A stretch of 4,982 nucleotides of DNA. Source: a virus. Taxonomy: Duplodnaviria; Heunggongvirae; Uroviricota; Caudoviricetes. Positions 4,589 to 4,982 of this stretch are shown here, piece after piece (position 1 is the first letter of the stretch; the number at the start of each line of letters is the position of its first letter). The position numbers and the translations under genes were made by a program. The notes beneath the pieces were generated by a model. That model was not told the origin of the DNA and searched no databases. It saw only the letters and a list, made by a program, of their open reading frames with translations. The DNA lies in the IMG/VR virus record IMGVR_UViG_3300029499_000043. One strand, 5' to 3'.

Positions 4589-4982
4589 ATGAGTAAAGTC
4601 TTTATTTGCGCCGCTATTCCTGACGAACTGGCAACAAGGGAAGAAGGCGCTGTGGCTGTAGCCACAGCCATTGAAGCTGGCGACGAACGCCGTGCTCGAG
4701 CAAAATTTCACTGGCAATTCCTGGAACATTATCCGGCTGCTCAGGACTGCGCTTATAAATTTATTGTCTGCGAGGATAAACCTGGCATACCCCGCCCTGC
4801 CCTCGATTCATGGGATGCTGAATATATGCAGGAAAACCGCTGGGATGAGGAGTCTGCTTCTTTTGTCCCGGTTGAGACTGAATCCGATCCGATGAACGTC
4901 ACTTTTGACAAGCTGGCCCCTGAAGTACAGAACGCTGTCATGGTTAAGTTCGACACATGTGAAAACATCACCGTTGATATGG
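4589..4982 (+). CDS. ydfE: YdfE-like acidic protein, 3'-partial: 131 codons to the window edge with no stop (MSKVFICAAIPDELATREEGAVAVATAIEAGDERRARAKFHWQFLEHY...). Possibly the N-terminal region of a RecE-type exonuclease-family protein.
   Basis: ATG 4589 with Shine-Dalgarno GAGG at 4575..4578 (about 10 nt upstream). The open frame runs to 4981 without a stop, so it is absent from the supplied ORF track. Position after ydfD as in Qin. Identity from recollection only. Confidence 0.7.
   Translation, partial: MSKVFICAAIPDELATREEGAVAVATAIEAGDERRARAKFHWQFLEHYPAAQDCAYKFIVCEDKPGIPRPALDSWDAEYMQENRWDEESASFVPVETESDPMNVTFDKLAPEVQNAVMVKFDTCENITVDM

Noticed and set aside
4671-4971. Track ORFs 4671..4895 (plus strand) and 4753..4971 (minus strand).
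   Set aside because: Both overlap, in other frames, the long open ydfE-like frame starting at 4589, which has a proper ribosome-binding site.

Overview
The window reads as the immunity/early region of a lambdoid (Qin/Rac-type) enterobacterial prophage, recognised from memory of the E. coli K-12 Qin dicB operon rather than by any search. On the minus strand, right to left, sit a Cro-like DicC homolog, a YdaT/CII-like regulator, a replication initiator whose coding sequence carries five ~23.5-bp iterons plus a tandem 12-bp repeat block (a lambda-O-style internal origin), and a 133-aa protein of unknown function. On the plus strand sit a DicA-like repressor and then a ydfA - ydfB/C-like - DicF sRNA - dicB - ydfD - ydfE-like(partial) operon. 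A 14-bp operator-like motif (TTGAGTTTTCTCA) occurs three times: once in the dicC/dicA divergent region and twice around a sigma70-like promoter upstream of ydfA. I found no convincing evidence of a wholly new multi-gene system. The best candidates for undescribed content are (i) a 106-codon, three-helix membrane-protein ORF antisense to the A-tract-rich 3' part of the ydfB/C-like frame, (ii) that ydfB/C frame itself, which runs uninterrupted for 192 codons, and (iii) a ~260-bp ORF-free structured leader upstream of DicF with mutually exclusive pairing options. All product names are homology-by-recall and need database confirmation.
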